Positions 61,652-64,000 of a stretch of 64,000 nt of DNA are shown here, one piece after another (the stretch's first letter is position 1; every line of letters starts with the position of its first letter). Under the pieces are notes generated by a model. It searched no databases, was not told the DNA's origin, and saw only the letters and a program-made list of their open reading frames with translations. The position numbers were made by a program, and so were the translations under genes. Origin of the DNA: Nitrospirota bacterium (lineage in GTDB: Bacteria > Nitrospirota > UBA9217); contig CAVTRN010000002.1 in assembly GCA_963737155.1 (NCBI GenBank), forward strand, positions 1,760,001 through 1,824,000. Direction: 5' to 3'.

Positions 61652-61699
61652 AGGAAATAGGGAGAAGTGCTGAAGCGCCTATTTCCTTTTTTGTTTTTT
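61652..61699 (+). terminator. Probable intrinsic terminator after pnp
   Basis: AGGAAATAGG/CCTATTTCCT stem followed by T-rich run. Confidence 0.65.
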
Positions 61700-61715
61700 C
61701 ATTGCCGGAGGGGGC

Positions 61716-62951
61716 GTGGGCCAATACGATTTAGCGATAATCGGAGCAGGCTTAGGAGGGCTTGTATCAGCAGCTCTTCTGGGTACGAGGGGGTTGAAAT
61801 CTTTTCTGTGCACGCCGCAGTCGTCTTTGGTGGACGCTCTGGGTAAGGTAGAGCAGGGAGGCTTTTCCTTTTCGCGCTGTCCTGCCCTCTCCTATGGTTT
61901 TGAACCGGGAGGAGCGTTCCACCAGCTTTTCGCTGATTTGAACATCATCGATATGACGCCCCCTTTAGCCGATCGTTATCAAGTAGTGCTTCCCGACAGG
62001 AGAATCACGGTTTCCGCTCATCTTGATGCGACCCTGGAGGAACTGCGGAGAGAGTTTCCGCGGGAGATAATGGCAATCGAGAACTTTTACCAAAACATTA
62101 AAAAAGTATCAATGGGCGTTACGGGCAACCGCCTTAATGCTTTTATGCTCCGATTCAGGTCTGCGAGGTCATTTATCGCAAATTATCGTTTTAGCAGGGA
62201 ATTTCTGTCTTTTCTCGAAATCCAATCGCTTTTTTTCTTTAGGCAGCCGCTCCTGGAATTATCGTTAAAGGATTTGCTCCTGCTTTGTACCCACAATCCT
62301 TACAGGAACGAGGATTGGTGCGGGAAAATATCTGACCGCCTGGCAACAGAGATTCTCCGCCATGGCGGTGCCATTCAGTATAACGATCCATCAACGGAAA
62401 TCCTCTTCCGCAATAATCGCGCTGTTGGACTCCAGACAACCCAAGGCGCTATTGAAGCCTCCTCGATCCTCGTGGATAATCCAGATAAGGGCATACCAGT
62501 CCTTTTTCTGGGCATTCATGACCAGGTTGTTCCGGTAGGCATGGAACGAGACGTCTTGTACCTTCCCGATTATTTGCAACCGCACAGCTTTCTCTCTCTG
62601 TCGCTGAGCGGCAGGGAAGATCGTAGCGCATCCCCATCCGGTATGAGAACGCTCATAGCAGCATTCCATGCCCCGGAAGATAGTGCGATGACCGACAGAG
62701 ACCTGTTGATAAACCGGATAACAGGCCTCGTGCCTTTCCTGCGCGATTTCCTTGTCCTTTATCTGGAGCCCGTTCCTCTTCTTGGCTCGACTGCTCCCCG
62801 AGAAATTTCATTTAAACCACTTAAAACTGGTAAGAACGACTCCCTCCTGTTCAGGGGATCAAAGACGAACGTGTACCGGCTTGATGATGATCAACATGCT
62901 CAACGACAGATGATGACAGCTATACGAAAGCTCGTAGCGCAAATGACCTAA
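61716..62951 (+). CDS. Divergent FAD/NAD(P)-binding oxidoreductase, phytoene-desaturase-like
   Basis: YDLAIIGAGLGG Rossmann motif, GFSF, ELRREFPRE, GGAIQY segments; GGAGG SD with GTG start. Confidence 0.7.
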   Translation: MGQYDLAIIGAGLGGLVSAALLGTRGLKSFLCTPQSSLVDALGKVEQGGFSFSRCPALSYGFEPGGAFHQLFADLNIIDMTPPLADRYQVVLPDRRITVSAHLDATLEELRREFPREIMAIENFYQNIKKVSMGVTGNRLNAFMLRFRSARSFIANYRFSREFLSFLEIQSLFFFRQPLLELSLKDLLLLCTHNPYRNEDWCGKISDRLATEILRHGGAIQYNDPSTEILFRNNRAVGLQTTQGAIEASSILVDNPDKGIPVLFLGIHDQVVPVGMERDVLYLPDYLQPHSFLSLSLSGREDRSASPSGMRTLIAAFHAPEDSAMTDRDLLINRITGLVPFLRDFLVLYLEPVPLLGSTAPREISFKPLKTGKNDSLLFRGSKTNVYRLDDDQHAQRQMMTAIRKLVAQMT

Positions 62952-63054
62952 AGTGGCGTATGCACTTCAAAGCACCTAGACGCACTGACTCAGGCAGCTT
63001 AGTCTACGTATCATTAGTTTGGAATTGTGATGAAGTGCGCTCGGGAGAAGAGAT

Positions 63055-63085
63055 AAAAAAAGCCGTTGCCTTGGCAGCAACGGCT
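63055..63085 (-). terminator. Intrinsic terminator after clpC
   Basis: AGCCGTTGC/GCAACGGCT stem followed on the minus strand by a T run. Confidence 0.8.
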
Positions 63086-63094
63086 GGTAAGATG

Positions 63095-64000
63095 TCAAAC
63101 TTTCGCCAGGAATACGGCTTCCTCTTCCTGGAATTCAACGGCGCCATCCTTCAGTTTCACCGTTACCCGGTGCACATCTTTGAATCGTCCCTTGAGAATC
63201 TCTTCGGAAAGCGGATCGGACAGGTGCTTCTGGACCGCGCGGCGCATGGGTCTTGCACCATAGGTGGGCTGGAAGTTTTCATGGATGAGCCATTCCTTTA
63301 CTTCCTCGGATACCTCAAGCTGAATGCTGCGATCCGTGATCATCTGCGAATTGAGTTCCGTTACAAGCATATCCACGATTTTAACAAGGTGATCCTTTGT
63401 AAGCGGATGAAATACGACGACATCGTCGATCCTGTTCAGGAACTCGGGGTTGAATGATCGCTTCAACTCCGAAATGACGTTCTCCTTCATTTTGCCGAAC
63501 TGAGTCTTTGTGCTGTCCTGCTGGAAACCAAGGGCAGTGTCCTTGTCGATCATACGCGCGCCAAGGTTCGAGGTCATGATTATGACTGTGTTGCGGAAGT
63601 CCACTCTTCTGCCGAAGCTGTCGGTCATATAGCCGTCATCGAGCACCTGGAGGAGCATGTTGAAGATGTCAGGATGGGCTTTTTCAATCTCGTCAAAAAG
63701 CACAACCGCATAAGGTCTGCGCCGGATCTTTTCAGTCAACTGGCCGCCGTCATCATACCCTACATAGCCCGGAGGTGATCCTACGAGCCGTGAGGAACTG
63801 AACTTTTCCATATATTCGGACATGTCGACCCTGATGAGTGCATCTTCACTGTCGAAGAGGAATGAGGCTAGCGATCGGGCAAGCTCCGTTTTCCCCACGC
63901 CGGTGGGACCAAGGAAAATAAAGGAGCCGATGGGCTGTTTGCGCATTTTGAGGCCTACCCGTGAGCGGCGGATAGCCCGCGCTACGGCGTATATAGCTTC
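63095..64000 (-). CDS. clpC: ATP-dependent Clp protease ATP-binding subunit (ClpC type), 3' part; continues beyond window
   Basis: AIRRSRVGL, GPTGVGKTELA, DMSEYME, GSPPGYVGY, DEIEKAH, PEFLNRID, YGARPMRR. Confidence 0.92.
   Translation of the reverse strand, partial: EAIYAVARAIRRSRVGLKMRKQPIGSFIFLGPTGVGKTELARSLASFLFDSEDALIRVDMSEYMEKFSSSRLVGSPPGYVGYDDGGQLTEKIRRRPYAVVLFDEIEKAHPDIFNMLLQVLDDGYMTDSFGRRVDFRNTVIIMTSNLGARMIDKDTALGFQQDSTKTQFGKMKENVISELKRSFNPEFLNRIDDVVVFHPLTKDHLVKIVDMLVTELNSQMITDRSIQLEVSEEVKEWLIHENFQPTYGARPMRRAVQKHLSDPLSEEILKGRFKDVHRVTVKLKDGAVEFQEEEAVFLAKV

Noticed and set aside
62960-63457. 165-aa plus-strand ORF
   Set aside because: Mostly antisense to clpC and spans its terminator

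Overview
Bacterial chromosomal window of roughly 50% GC. Gene order and content (pilB-pilT-pilC-pilS-pilR, ccsA-hemA-hemC-cobA/hemD-hemB, futalosine-type UbiD, rimP-nusA-ylxR/Q-infB-ylxP-rbfA-nrnA-truB-rpsO-pnp) suggest an anaerobic diderm such as a Nitrospirota or deltaproteobacterium-like organism (inference). Bases 1-14500 are a patchy accessory zone: the right part of an ISL3 element with a NUMOD3-like upstream ORF, a frameshifted thioredoxin-reductase-like gene, tex, a GH57/DUF3536 enzyme, a DUF899 gene, gene relics, an orphan lpxD and a small IS200/IS605-type palindromic element. The most striking unexplained feature is an apparently free-standing, highly structured RNA of about 295 nt (10521-10815) with its own extended -10 promoter and intrinsic terminator, which I cannot assign to any RNA family I recognise. 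The rest is mostly core genes, interrupted by a TnpB-only element (frameshifted, with a right-end RNA and an extra upstream hairpin), a 1462-aa PPDK-like dikinase lacking the pyruvate domain next to a probably NADP-type GAPDH, and a divergent RelA/SpoT-like nucleotidyltransferase. No CRISPR array, rRNA or tRNA was seen. All calls come from reading the sequence and motifs by eye; no database searches were run.
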